Shown: positions 25,811 to 40,390 of the stretch, in pieces
Position numbering within the stretch: the first letter of the stretch is position 1
How the letters are laid out: each line of letters begins with the position of its first letter
Assembly (NCBI RefSeq): GCF_009914755.1
Contig: NC_060937.1
DNA: 64,000 nt
From: the human T2T-CHM13v2.0 reference genome, Homo sapiens
Direction: 5' to 3' (one strand)
Position numbers and translations under genes: made by a program
Notes under the pieces: generated by a model
What the model saw: the letters and a program-made list of their open reading frames with translations, nothing else
Database searches by the model: none
What the model was told of the DNA's origin: nothing

Positions 25811-26172
25811 ATCCCTAAAACTTCAGTTGTCTTCTTATTAAAGACTTCCCTAATGTTAAAAGAAAATGTAGGTCTTTATTCAATATCATATTTCAATATC
25901 ATATTATCCTATTATGCACATTTCTTATTACATTATAATTATCACTTAAATAACTGTACTACAGTGAGACTAATCCTGTTGAGGGTAATGTCCTTGAAAA
26001 TATCAAAGTGATGATTATCAGTGGAGATGGCGAGATTATTCCTTAAGTGTGAAAAAGAAATTCCATATTGGTGAGAATACTGCTGCAATTCCAATCCTTG
26101 AGCTATTGGTTGCTATTATGGTCATAGAATTGGTGCCTGAAGAAGGGCATGGAGGAAGGCCTTCAAAGGTTT

Positions 26173-27164
<992 letters not shown>

Positions 27165-27544
27165 GTTTTATTAATGCATCAGGAGTTGTTAGGCTGTTTC
27201 TACACAGTCATTCATGAGGATATTGACATTACGCCAGAATGCTGAAATTACTTAAGGATGGAGAGAAAAACTGAGATGCAGGTGCCTGCAAGCCTCCAGG
27301 ATTGTGTGGGATGTGAAAGTGAACAGAGGTCTTTAGAGGGTGGGGGCTGAGAAGTTCTCTATCTGCATTATTGTCTCCACACATTACCCAATGCAAACTC
27401 TATTCTATCCTCCTACTTTCACATCTGGAATTAGTGCAATTGAGCCAGTTGTGTCTGTCAAAAATATAAAGTATGAGCTAAGAAGCAATTTTTCCATGAA
27501 GGCAGAAAAGCAGAAATTTTAGTCCAGCTTCCAGAGATATCTTC

Positions 27545-28075
27545 CTAATTAAGCGAATATAGTAATATTGCTTCCAGTTTTAAAATCTTCATTGGCCTTT
27601 TATTGCCTAAAGATAAAGCTCATATTCAAGGTCTTCCCAGTCCTATTCTGCCCCTGGTCTAGTTTTATCTGTCTATGTCCATCCTCTTCTCCTCTAAGCA
27701 CAATGTGCTCTTCTTAATGAAATCTGCTCGTCATTTTTCACTCTTTTCCTCCTGTTTCCCTCAGTCAATGCTGCTTTCTCTCCCTGGAAATTGCCCTCTT
27801 CCCTGACCCACATGATAAGCCCCTACTCACATTCAAAAGTCAGCTCAAATGCGTATTCCTCATTGAAACTTTGTGTGAATAGCCTCACTCAGTGTTTTCA
27901 TAGTACTTGGTTTATACCTCTACTCACCATATTTTATTTACAATAATTTGTTCACACCTGCCTCTCATTTTATTGTGAGCTCTCTGAGGGAGGGTGTCAT
28001 ATTTTATTCAGCTTTTTCTCTTCAAGATCAAGCATAGAACCTGGCACATGGTTCACATCAATAAATACTGACTGT
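27545..28075 (+). mobile_element. L2 3' end
   Basis: TTCAAAAGTCAGCTCAAATG...AGAACCTGGCACATGGTTCACATCAATAAATAC. Confidence 0.75.
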
Positions 28076-28939
28076 ACAAAAATGGAAATTGTACTGTTTC
28101 CTTATAAAATGAAGTTTTAATGTAAGTGCTCTGCTTAACCAGGTAGGTATTTCTAAAAGTAGAGCTCCTAAACTTGTATATTCCCTTGTTATGCCCTTTT
28201 GACTTTTCTAAGATAGCTTTTCAATTTTTGTTATTTGTTGTTGGTTCTTCTTTTAATTTTTTTAATCATATGCTAGCAATAGCTTGGAAGGAAAAGAATG
28301 TGTTATGGATATTCACATACATACATAGACACATATAGGTACACATACACATGCTAAGTATTCACTTAGTACTTACTCTTTGCTCTTTTCAGGATTTCTT
28401 TAAGTCATTTAGATTACAAAATTTACATCCTCTAAGAAACTGGTAGGGAAAGATAATCTCCCTTTTCTTGACTTCATAAATAAATCTTTTTCATTCATAA
28501 AATAACTAGCATAGTTTAAGTTATTTTCATATAAGTGCGTTATTACCACATTTTTGTTATTTTCTATTACCTTACAGCTAATGCAAACATCTGGTCAGAT
28601 TGTTATGTATGTAATTATTAACATTCATTGAATTATAAAGGAAATTATTGCATATCAAAGGGGTATGCTGAATAAGGAAATCTAAATTTAAAAATGCATT
28701 CATTTGGCTTGTCTTGGAGCACAAAAACATAGTTTTCATGAATAAAATATTCTAGAGAAGTGAAATTTTAAAACATCATACTTTTCTCATTTTGTTTTTA
28801 TTCCAAACACTTTTCCTGGGCTTTTGGTGGAAACTATAATTCCAGTGACAAAACACATTCTTCTGTTTGTATTTTAAAGCCAACAAAAATTTATTCAAAC
28901 AGGCATCTAAAATTCTATTATCAAAACTGGGGCAATATT

Positions 28940-29120
28940 GAGAAGTTAGAAACATGACTTCTAAATTCTAATCCAAAATCTTCACTTACAAAAGGTATGA
29001 TCTTAAACAATTTTCTGAACTTCTGAAAGTTTTTCATTTTTGTTTGATAAATTGGCATCACTGGTATTACCTCTGTTACACGGTTGTTGCTTAGTAAGGT
29101 AATGCCTAAGAGCATAAGTC
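28940..29120 (+). mobile_element. MIR fragment
   Basis: Decayed core TGATCTTAAACAATTTTCTGAACTTCTG...TTTTCATTT. Confidence 0.45.
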
Positions 29121-30908
29121 AATAGGACAGGCAGGCCATATAAATGAGTTCAACAGGACTCAAAACATATTAGGGATGTGTGAGGACTGGGACTATGCTG
29201 ATTTAAAGAACTTGAAGTTTGAATTTAATTTATAAGTTAATTTATTATTCCTAGTATTATTATAGTTTTCATGTCAATCACTAGATTCACTGCAACCCAG
29301 TATTAAATAGTAATGCATTTATTGTGTTGGTTGGGTTGTGTTATATTGTGCTTTGGCTTTTTCTGGTTACTAAACAGTTAAAGAAAATAGGTCATAGGGC
29401 ATGTTGGGTTAAAAATTAAAGAAAGGTAATATTATATATATATTTTCTCATAATTCAAAAACATAAACCAAGAAATTATTTCAATACATATATTCAAATA
29501 AGTAAAATAATTCATATAGGATTATATAATGTACATTAAAAATTAAAAAAAAAAACCTTTAAATTTTAGGTTAGGCAAAGGTGAAAAAGTAACCTAAGTG
29601 AACCCTAAGTGTTTTTGGTTTGCTACCTAAACAAACTATTACTACTTGAATAAACCATTTACCTGTTCATACTAAGTGTATGATTAAATAACTTACAATA
29701 TGCATCTGTGAAGAGGAAAATATGAATACGCGATGGGACCTCTCAGAGTCACTGACAACACACCAGCAAAAATATGTGCAACCACACTTATCTCACAGAA
29801 CTAACAACTGTTCTTCAACCAGATGGAATGAAAGTCAGAGAAGAAACTGTTTAGAGCTGATTGAAAGCTGGCTTAGGTACATGTTGATAATATTTCTACC
29901 AGGCTAAAAGAGGCATTTCCCCTTCAAAAACACTGTCAGGGACTGGCAAGCACAGGCATTCCTTAGGGAGCCATCTTTGCCTGAAAAGACCATTGAGTCT
30001 GAAGTAAACAGTGCAGTTTTTAGGACTCTAATTTATAAAATTGTCATTTTTTTCATAAAACTTTTTTTCTGGTTTCATGCAGAAATTGCCTTTGATATAA
30101 ACTATGAAACCAATAGAATTGGATAGAAGATGTTGTTCCTAATTTATAGCCACCTATGTTTTCTAATCTTTTAAGAGGTAATGTGGAACCATGTTGTTCA
30201 ATAAATAAAGTGGAGAGATAAAAGTTGTAAAGTTATTTGGAATAAATGAGAGCACGATTTGGCAGATAAAAGTAAAATAACTCTTCTGGCAGATTTTCAG
30301 TGAGCTAAAACATAATACAAAAAATGTAGGTCAGAAAAAGCCCACTCCTTTCATTAATAGATGTATTTTAATCTTTTCACTGACTCTGGATAATCCTAAC
30401 CACAATAATTTTTTTCTAAGATTAGGAAGATAATGAAGCTATGTCAACCCCCACAAATGCATTTCATACCAGCTATAGCAAGATATCTTTGCTAGCATCT
30501 GCATACATGGGTAATATAAAATCCCAGTGTTAAATATATCACTTGGATAAGTGCAGAGAATAATTAACCATCTTTATGTAAATATTTTTAAAATATATAA
30601 AATTAGTCCATCTTTTAAGAATAGAGGTTCTAGAAAAGTGACTTCTACAGTTTCACATATTTCACGGCACTGTCCCTCCAATGAAATAATAAAGAATTAT
30701 ATTCATACTGATAAAATGTAATGTTTCAAAAGTGATTTTTCTTTTGATATTTTTAATGATTAAAATGTTCAGTTTGTGAAGTAGTTAGAAGAAAGTAAAG
30801 TAAGCACATTGTAGTATTATTAAAAGCCATTGATTGGATGGTTGATATAATCAATAAAAATTTGTTGGGCACAGTATGTTCCATAATAAAGGCATACATA
30901 AAATCCTC

Positions 30909-31095
30909 TGGGGGTGAGGGGCAAGGGGAAGGAGAACATTAGGACAAATACTTAATGCATGTGGGGCTTAAAACCTAGATGACAGATTGATAGGTGCAGC
31001 AAACCACCATGGCACATGTATAACTATGTAACAAACCTGCACGTTCTGCACATGTATCCCAGAACTTAAAGTAAAATAAAATTGTTTTAAAAAAT
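30909..31095 (+). mobile_element. Short 5'-truncated L1PA 3'UTR (L1PA8-10-like)
   Basis: GGGGCTTAAAACCTAGATGAC...GCAGCAAACCACCATGGCACATG...CAGAACTTAAAGTAAAATAAA. Confidence 0.88.
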
Positions 31096-31482
31096 TATTT
31101 GAAGGCACAGTGGAAGGCTTGGCCACTTCTTATGGAAAGAACACAAAATGTTATCAAACAGAGAGACACTTAGGAAGCTGAATTGTCAGTCATATGCCAA
31201 CTGAGTAAAGTAAGGAAAAGGCATTCCACCCTAAGGAAACAGGACATGTGAAAGTAAGATGGAAAAGAGCACAGTATGGGAGGGAATTTCAAAATATTTC
31301 CTTATTACTATAAGTCATGATAAGCAATAATCTGGTTGTAAGAACATATTATGCAGTGTGAATTAATTGAGGTTTGTTTGGCAATGGAAACTAGAAATGA
31401 TTCAAAATTTTTGAATACCGAATGTGTATGGAAAAATAAAAGATATTAAAAAGTGAGGATCAGAAGCCTTTGTAGGCAAAAT

Positions 31483-31982
31483 TCAGGAAAGCAAAGGTCA
31501 CCTGGTGGCCATCAAGCAGACCATCCAGAGGCAAAACTCCTTATCTGAGGAATTCAGAAGTAATCAGAATTCCTTATTATCTAAAGCCTGCATTCTGTAC
31601 CAGGCTTTCTTCCCAAAAATTCATAAGTAACTAGAATTTCTATACATCTCCATAATGAATACATGCCAAAACTCATTGTGCAATCTTTGCTGACATCAAG
31701 GTACTAAAATGTCTACAAATGTAATGATTTATCATGACCTATGTGACTAATATGGTCCAAATTACCCTTCAGCTTCTGCTTTAAGTTCTATGAATAACCC
31801 TAAGAAAAATCCATCAAGGCGTGCCCAGTCTTTTCTTGCTGAAGAGCTCCATTGCACTCTTCTGCTGTGTTCTAATTAATACAGTTGTCTTTTTCAAACC
31901 CTTACTGTTGTCAGTAAATTCTTTTTTATCCCCCAAGAGCCAACCACTTTCCATTGCCAATACTCTGACACCTCGCCAGGCA
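31483..31982 (+). mobile_element. ERV1 solo LTR, MER84-like
   Basis: GCAAAGGTCACCTGGTGGCCATCAAGCAG...CTCTGACACCTCGCCAGGCA; family recalled from consensus. Confidence 0.65.
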
Positions 31983-32492
31983 AAAATGATGCCTCAGTAA
32001 TATCTATGTTATCTTTTCCTGAATGTCATTTAAATGAATAGTGAAATACATAAAAATTAAAAAAAAAAACAGTAAAAAGAACAGAAAGTTAAGGATGCAT
32101 GCTCCTCATATGCCACAAATGTCAAGGAATGTAATTAACTAAGCAGACCAATTTTTAGACAGTAGCTATTAGCTCCGAGATAACTAAGATAAAGCAAAGT
32201 AGATGGCTGTATAGAATACCTACAGAGGCTATCCATATATTAAGAAATGTAGATGAATAAATAAACAAAAAGGATGCAAGAGCAGTGATCTGGGAAACAC
32301 TAAGAGCACCGGAGGAACAATTACATGGACAATCTATCTGACATACCTCCCTAAAAAGTATTAATCAGTTTCAGGGTTATTGATGTTTTAAACAAAATAA
32401 ACAATAAAAACACAACAAATGTTTATTTCTTGCTTACGTCAATTCAGATTTTGCAGGGGTGATGGGAATGTGTAAATTTGGCTCCCACACAG

Positions 32493-33046
32493 TGAGAGAG
32501 GAGAAAGGAAAAAACTGGGTCAGGCAGGCCATTAGGGTGGGTCCTCGGCTGAATCCTTTCAAAAAAGAACAGCCTGCAGGCACAGACAAGGGAACTTGCA
32601 TAGGGGGCTTGCCTAAGACATGCCCACAGCCTCACAAATAGGAAAGGCTACACAGGTAACTTGCCCAGACATGCCTGTAGTGGAAAATTCCATTCCCTGA
32701 TACATGAGCAGTAAGGGGAACAATGCAAAATGGAGTAACTCAAACTAAGGGCCCATGTGTGCACTGCAGGAATGGGGTGGAGCCACCAGAAATTCGTGCG
32801 TTATGCAAATAAGATGCCCAGCCCTCATTGGTTTCTTATAAAAGCCTTTGCATTCAACTGTAAAAACTGCAACGCTCTTCCAGATTTACAGTGGAGAGCT
32901 TTCTTCTTTCACTTACTAAACTTTCACTCTAACCTCACCCTTTGTGTCCATGCTCCTTAATTCTCCTGGTCCTGAGACAAAGAACTCCCAGTGATACCTC
33001 ACAATGAGAGACTGCTACATTGTGGTGTATTGGTGAGACTGTAACA
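32493..33046 (+). mobile_element. ERV1 solo LTR (LTR9/MER61-related, subfamily uncertain)
   Basis: TG...CA ends; U3 with GC box, ATGCAAAT, ATTGG and TATAAAA; pyrimidine-rich R/U5. Confidence 0.75.
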
Positions 33047-33049
33047 ATA

Positions 33050-33445
33050 CTGTATATCTGACAAGAGACTTTCATCCAGAGTATAAAGAATTCCTACAAA
33101 TAATAGAAAAAAAGGCAAAAAACCCAGTTTTGTAAAAAGTGGGCAAACGGGCCTGTCAAAAAATGAAGATATTCAAATGGGCAATAAACAAAAGGAAATA
33201 TGCTGAATGTCATTATGTATCAGGGAAATGTAAATTAAAACCACCCAGATATACTACTATAAACCCTAAAAAAAAATCCCTGAATATATCAATAGTTTGT
33301 GATAATGCAGAGCAACTTGAATACTCTTACATTGTGGATTGGGATGTACATTATACAGTGCTATAAAAAATTGTTTGGCAGTATCTACTAAAAATGAAAA
33401 TACCAGTGCTAGATACTTGGTCTCCTTGGTGCATACCCAACAGAA
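33050..33445 (+). mobile_element. Ancient L1M ORF2 3' fragment
   Basis: AAGTGGGCAAA...CAGGGAAATGTAAATTAAAACCAC...TTTGGCAGTATCTACTAAA. Confidence 0.75.
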
Positions 33446-36369
33446 ACAGAGATGATTTCCATGCTGTTATTAATTTGACTTAAAATTTGACTTAATAGCT
33501 TATTATAGGAACATGATGTCATTTAGTCTTTTCAAAAACTCCAAAATCCTGCTTTTCACTTGAGGAAGTAGATTTAGAAAAATTAAACACAGTATCAATA
33601 ACATATTTTTGGAGTTATTTAATATAGGCTCAAAATTGGCCCCCCTCACTTGATAATAGGTTAACTTTGGGCCAATGACCTTGGGTCTTTATTCCTCAGC
33701 TGCATTATCATGAATCTGGAGATAAGAGAGGTACGTAGGGGTATTTTGTCATTTAACTAATATGATGCATGTAAAAATCTCCTGAAAATAAGTAACAATA
33801 ATATTGACTATAATAAAATTTTTAAGGTATCTAGGAATAAACGTAAGAGAAACCTGGACTATTTTAGAATGCTCATTTTTGTTGTAAATCTTAGCAGATT
33901 CTTCCATGAATAGAGTTTTGTTCAGAAAAGAAGTTTTGCTAACAAAGCGAATAATGCATGCAGCCGAGGGTTTCTAACTCTAGTATCATTTTTTCCTTTT
34001 GCCTTTTCCCCTGGAAGTTACAGCTGTTCATATTGGTTTGCAAAGATTTCAGGAAAATCCCTGTTGAATCAAACATTTTCCAGTTCTCAGGGCTGTAAAG
34101 AAGCACTGATGCCTTCCTTCTGTTTCATCCCATGCATTTATTGATAAGACACAGGTTTTATAGCTGTTGGGGATTTGTCCTACCTAACAGTATTATGAAA
34201 TTTATAGAGATTGCTGCTTCACAGTAGGATCTAAAAGGAATGTGCCTGGAACTCTAGAGATTCACAGGGATGCTACTTATATACAGTATTTGATCCTAGT
34301 AGTAAAAATGACAACTCCATAAAGACAGAAACGGCTCTTTTGGAGATGATAAATTAATAATCTCCACAGGTTATAAAAATTAAATTAAAAACCAATGTAG
34401 ATGCTGGCAGAATTTGAGCACAATACGGAATGTTTGATGGAAAATAAAAGCAAAGATTATCCAATGTAGATTTGTGATGTGTTAACAAAGTGGGAATTGT
34501 GATTTATAATTTTGCTTAATTGACACTTTTTCTATGAAAAGTAATAATGACAGGTAATAGAACAGTTTTATGTTCACATGGTATATAAAAGAATTGACAA
34601 GATGCTACAGCTAAATGGTGACAAGTGGAAATTTGCGTTTGCCCTATGTGTGGGGTTTGATTTTCTTCATCTAAAAAAATATGAATAGAGCTGGTTATTA
34701 TGCATTTACTCCCCACCTGCAACCCACATTTCATTTTCCATATTTGTCCAACCTGTTCTTTCTAATCAGGGAGTCCGACCTCCAGTCTGCACTACTAGAG
34801 AACCAAGTCTGCTGGTTCAGCATTGCTTCCCATTTGAGTAATTACATCCAGTTTTCCTTGGTTAGTGAAATGCTGCCCTCTGTCCTCTCTCAACACGATT
34901 ATCGTCACAGATAGTAGGAAGCCCAGTTCTATGGCAGCAGCTCTCAGTGGTTAACTTCAAACAACAGGCTTGGTTACCACTTAGCTTCACAAAAATGTTC
35001 TCTTGGTTCTTGAAAGTTATTAATAGCTAAATCTACAATATCTATTTGGTGTATATTATTTCCTACAGAGCAGGAACTGTGTTTCACTACTAAAGGTTTT
35101 ATGAGACCAGTCTCTGCTTATTACCTTGGAGGATATAATCTGTGTGTGTGGTGGGGTGATGGTGCAGGGAGGATGCATTAGATCTTGAGAATGACCATTG
35201 TTTTCTTGTAAGACATTTGCCCCAGATGATTTAAAACATTTATCTGCAGTAAAAAGGTGCACACACGTTGAGTTTATTTTTTTATTTCTTTGGACTCCAA
35301 GACTGCAGGTGTTAAAATTTTATTAGTAGACAATTGATCAAAACCACATATTATAAACATATTATAATTCTCTATGAATAATTATAAAATATAGCAGCAA
35401 GTAAGATATTATAAATGCCTACTTCAATGAGATAAATGGGGCTTTTTCCCAATAATTTTATGTACTCATCTGACTGTTACATGTTTGAAAATACAGAAGT
35501 TAATTTTATAAAATTATTAAAATTTATTTTAAAACATTTTTGGTAGAGTAAAACTTGAAAATGCTTTTATTCACATAAGGGAAATACTTAAAAAGAAAGG
35601 AATTTTATTTTACCAATAAATTTGTAGGACTTCTTTTAAGTTTAATGCCAAAGATCACAACATGGGCATCATTTAATTTTTTAAAATATGATATCTCTTT
35701 TAGGTCATCCAATTTCTTGAATAAAAAAATCTGAAACAACCTGATTTTTAAAAGAATGTGTTACCAGCTGTTAGTATCATTCACTTTCTTTCTTTTGTCA
35801 TATAGCTTTATTTAGTTATACAGACACCAGTAGTTCACATTGACCTTTTGTTTTTGGGCTTGGGAAGTTTTACAATCTCAGGCAGTGTACCAATAGTAAA
35901 ATTTGGTTCATATGTCAACTGGGAGATGGTCAATTTTAATGGAGAGAGCAGAAAAAAAGAATTAACAAGAGTTTTCAACTCCAGGCCTAATTTTAGGCAG
36001 ATTCCTTTTAGAAAATAATATATTTGGAAACTGAGGTCCTGGAAATTGATTTCCTTTGTACATAGGAAAAAAGTCATGCATCTTGGTTTTCACTCAGCCT
36101 AGCTTGAAAACCACCCGTTGCTCTATTCCTTCATTGGAATTTTAAATTGCCTGTGCTTGAGGAATCTAATTAATTCTCTTTCTCTTCAGATGCACACATA
36201 CATGCCCACACACACTCACACATTAGTATGAGCCATGTTTTTTTTTCTACATTAAACATTTTCTTTAAAACTAGATTATAAATCATTGAAGATAATATTT
36301 GGCTATGCGTTCTATGTCATTTGTGGAGTCATGGGGCTTATACACCCAGTAAATACCAAATGAACATGA

Positions 36370-36625
36370 ACTATTAAGAAGTATTGGGGTAGAGGCAGAA
36401 TACCTGGTTTGGTATCCTGGCCCTGATATTTTCATTTTGTTATACCTGGGATTGCAGCATAACTTCTCAGATCATTCCTTAATCTACTCATTTGTAAAAT
36501 AGGCGTTATATAGCTGCTTTCTCACATAAGTTTGTGAAGATTAAATAAAATAATATATCCAAAGCTCTTACAACACTGACAGAAATTAGTCAGTGCTCAA
36601 AAGATGTTAGTTCTTATGATTATTC
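36370..36625 (+). mobile_element. MIR
   Basis: CTCATTTGTAAAATAGG...TTTGTGAAGATTAAATAAAATAAT...GTGCTCAAAAGATGTTAGTT. Confidence 0.7.
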
Positions 36626-36950
36626 TTAATAAATATCGTATATACCTCACCTGCAGAAAATCAGCTATAACTCTAGCAGCACCAACGTTTTTAATTAGAT
36701 TTGGAATCAGTTTTTACACAATTCATTATTTTAAGTCTTTCCTACTTCCAACCCAGATAAATACTAACACCTGTAGATGCTCTGAAATTTCATGGCTTTA
36801 TGCTTGCATTTCCAGCTCTTCTAGTAATAAGTGGACCGCTTGGATTATACACTCAGACTCTTCAACACAGTTTTCTGATACATGACCATGGTGAGTAGGA
36901 CATTTCTGACATCTCTGTGCTCCCTATAGTAACCAAATTAAGAAATAGGG

Positions 36951-37248
<298 letters not shown>

Positions 37249-39115
37249 TAGAAATAGGTTTTTAACTTAATTTTACTATAAATCACAACAAATTTCCATT
37301 TTGAGATAATTAGGAAGGGTTATTTTTAGTACATTTAGAGGAAATTGTTACTGAAGCTTTGATCACATATTATCAAATTAAGTTCAGGACCAAGTATTGC
37401 AGATTACATGTGTCATAACATTTGTAAAAGAATTAAATCAAACTATTCAAAATTAAATAAGTATGCATTGCATTTGGTGTGTTATAGAAATAATTATTCA
37501 GTTAAATTACTTAAGAATGATTTTGTATAAAAACCTGCTTTATGGGGCCCTTGTAAATACAGGAACCTTGGTGAGATAAAGGTTCAAAACTGAAAAAAGT
37601 CACTTTGAGGAATCATAACAAAACTAAATTTCCATATATCAAGTAGGTTATGAGAAGATGTGTATTCCACTACCCATTCCCACCAACTCACTTGAAATGT
37701 CATTCACCCAACCTTATTTGAAAATTTAATACAAAGATTACATTTTTCTCATCGTTCCTCTTAATAGAGAAAAAATTAAGGCAAATATTTTTTTAATAAA
37801 ATATGCTTCCAAGTATTTAAAATGATTCATAACATACCTCTATTTTGAAAAGCAAAAATAGCAAGCTAAGCTTAGCTGTTTCCAGTACATAAATCATCAT
37901 GATAGCAACAACAAGGCAGCGTGATGATATAGAGTATCTTATGCAGCAAGTCCTGGTGTAACTCAGCATGGTATGCAGAGAGTTTGAATGGATTAATCAC
38001 ACCATTCTATATTACCTTAAATGATGCATTATATTCAAAATATTATTATTGTCTAGGCCATTTCCCTTTATAAAATCCTATTCTTCTTATGATGCTGCTA
38101 TAAAATGTTAAATGAAATTTCAGAGGCATGATTATTTGATTAAAAGAGGTTTAGAGAGGAAAAAAAAACCTTGTAATTTTTTTTTTTTTACAAATGTAAC
38201 TGCTTGTCATGCCTTTAAAAAATATAGTATGATGAACATATTTCATTGTTTATTGATGACTATGTGTTTTCTGCCCTTAAGGCATCATTAAGAATACCAG
38301 TTGTTATTGAATAGCAGACTTTGGTGGAATTAAATAGCCTGTGCCAAGTCTCCCCAAATCCCCTAAAACCAATGCAAGTTACTTTATTTGATTGTTTTTC
38401 TCCTAAAAGAATAGCCTGAAAAATGGAAAGAGTTCACCAAAGCTTTTGATTAGTCCAATTTTCTTATTGAAATCCCTATATAGGCATACACAGATTTTAC
38501 ATACACCTATACACTCACATTACACACACATATACTTATTTGATGAAGTCGCTTATGACTTCAAAATATACTTGACAGTTTATCACTTTTGCTTATTTTT
38601 ATTTTATATTTTTCTCACCGTTTATTCATCAGTCCTTATCATGTCTCCATTTCTTATATAGGTGCTTCAGAAAGGAAAATAAATAGCCCATGTCTGCTTA
38701 CAAAAATACATATCTAAATAGAACATGCTGCATTTTCTAAGAATCCCTCAGTCACCTCAGTAAGGGCAGATAGAAAGAACAGTCTGCCCCCTCTCCCACC
38801 CCAGTCCAGGAATGCCACACATCTAAGAAAGGACCTCAAAATTATGCAATCATCCACATCTGTCTTTTTCTTCACTCTCATGAAAATTACTACGAAAATA
38901 TCTCTGTTGCCTCTTTACTGAGTAAACTTCCAATAGTCCTGTTTCTTTCCAATCAGTTGTCCAAAGTGCTGTTAGAGTGGTTAGCTCAAAAGGAAAATCT
39001 GTTGATGTAATTTCCCTGCTTAAAATTATTTTGTAACCTTTCTCTCCACTTCTCCTTCCCAAATGCACCCAAAACTTAACAAATCAGTTTTACGAATGGC
39101 AGTATAGTGTAATGC

Positions 39116-39255
39116 AGTGTTTCTCAAACTGTGGTTTATGATTTAATATTAGCAGGTCATATTTATCAATTTAGTGGGTCATGTGACCTTCAATTTCAAT
39201 AAAATAAAAAATAGAATATGATGGAGTAGAATAGAAAATAACATAGCACACACAA
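39116..39255 (+). mobile_element. hAT-Charlie MITE fragment
   Basis: CAGTGTTTCTCAAACTGTGG start and ATCAATTTAGTGGGTC motif. Confidence 0.55.
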
Positions 39256-39460
39256 TTACTAAACTCATGGCAGATCCAGAGCCTTGAACAACAATACTTG
39301 GCCACAAAAAGCCACATATAGACCAAATAAAGAATGTGCTGTATCATTTGGAGATCATGGACTTAACTGGAGGCAATGATTGGATAAGGCTTTGTCTCCC
39401 TTGGGGAAATGATGAGTGTATTCTATATGTGTGAGAAAAAGCGGAATTCATATTTAATGA

Positions 39461-39988
39461 TGTTTCCATTTCCTATTGCTGCAAAGCAAATTGTGGCTTA
39501 AAAACAATTATTATTTGCCATAATTCTGTGGGTCGAATGGTCAGTTCTTCTATTCTCTCTGGTGTCGGTTGAAGTCACCAACTAGGTTGCATTCAGGTGG
39601 CTTTTCACATGTTTGGGGCCTTGCAGTTGACTGTAGCCTGGGGCTCTCTGTGTTCTCTGACTCTTATGGTATCTTGTTTTCCATGGGTTCTTTATGTGGC
39701 CTCTTTAGAAAATTAGGCTGGGCATCCTTGCAGCCTCTTAAAGGTTATGCAGCACATGAATACTTCTCCTGGATTCTATTAGGTTGGTCCAAAAGTAATT
39801 GTGGTTTTTGCCATTACCTTTAGTCTTGCCATTAAAAGTAATGGCAGAAACTGCAGTTACTTTTGCATCAACCTAATGTTAGTCAAAACAAACTTCAAGA
39901 GCAGTGTAGATGCAGAGACAGAGGAGGCAATCTCCATCTCTCAATTGGAGGCGTGGCCAAAAATTATGGCAATCTTTAATCCACACAG
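39461..39988 (-). mobile_element. Old MaLR LTR (MLT1J/K-like)
   Basis: TTTCCTATTGCTGC...GTGGCTTAAAAACAA...TTCTGTGGGTC...GGCAATCTTTAATCCACACA. Confidence 0.7.
39779..39876. mobile_element. Made1 (Hsmar1-derived MITE), elongated palindrome
   Basis: TA|TTAGGTTGGTCCAAAAGTAATTGTGGTTTTTGCCATTA...TAATGGCAGAAACTGCAGTTACTTTTGCATCAACCTAA|TG. Confidence 0.93.
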
Positions 39989-40029
39989 ATTTTCTGTAAC
40001 AGGACTTATTCTTTTTGAGAAAACAAATG

Positions 40030-40390
40030 AGTCCTCCAAACCCATTATATTTTTACCCTGGGCACCCATGATAGACTATAAATCCAAGACGCTTTGTGTT
40101 TAAGTGGGATAATAACTACTTCTGACCGTTGGAATGTGAGTCACTGTTTGTCACATGTAAGCTAAGGCAGTTAAGAAAATATGTATGCCCTTACACTATA
40201 GTCTTTCTTTGATTCTGCATTGATCAGAAGCATGCATTGAGAGACATGGAGATCCTAGGAGAAGGTTACCTACTAGACGGGAGAATCTCAGGTCCATAAT
40301 TCACTTAGAGCAGAATAGGGTATGTGAAAAATAAACTGTTACACAATCTAGCTGTTACAGTGTCTAGTATTACTTACTGTGACTAATACA
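40030..40390 (+). mobile_element. Old MaLR LTR (MLT1-type) fragment
   Basis: Ends AAATAAACTG...TGTTACAG...GACTAATACA. Confidence 0.6.

Noticed and set aside
33850-35300. Repeat-poor stretch as a conserved non-coding element
   Set aside because: Absence of recognisable repeats is not evidence of function; needs multi-species alignment.
36640-36900. Possible exon ending at the strong donor ATG|GTGAGT (~36891)
   Set aside because: No convincing acceptor or coding signal; cannot be supported without transcript data.
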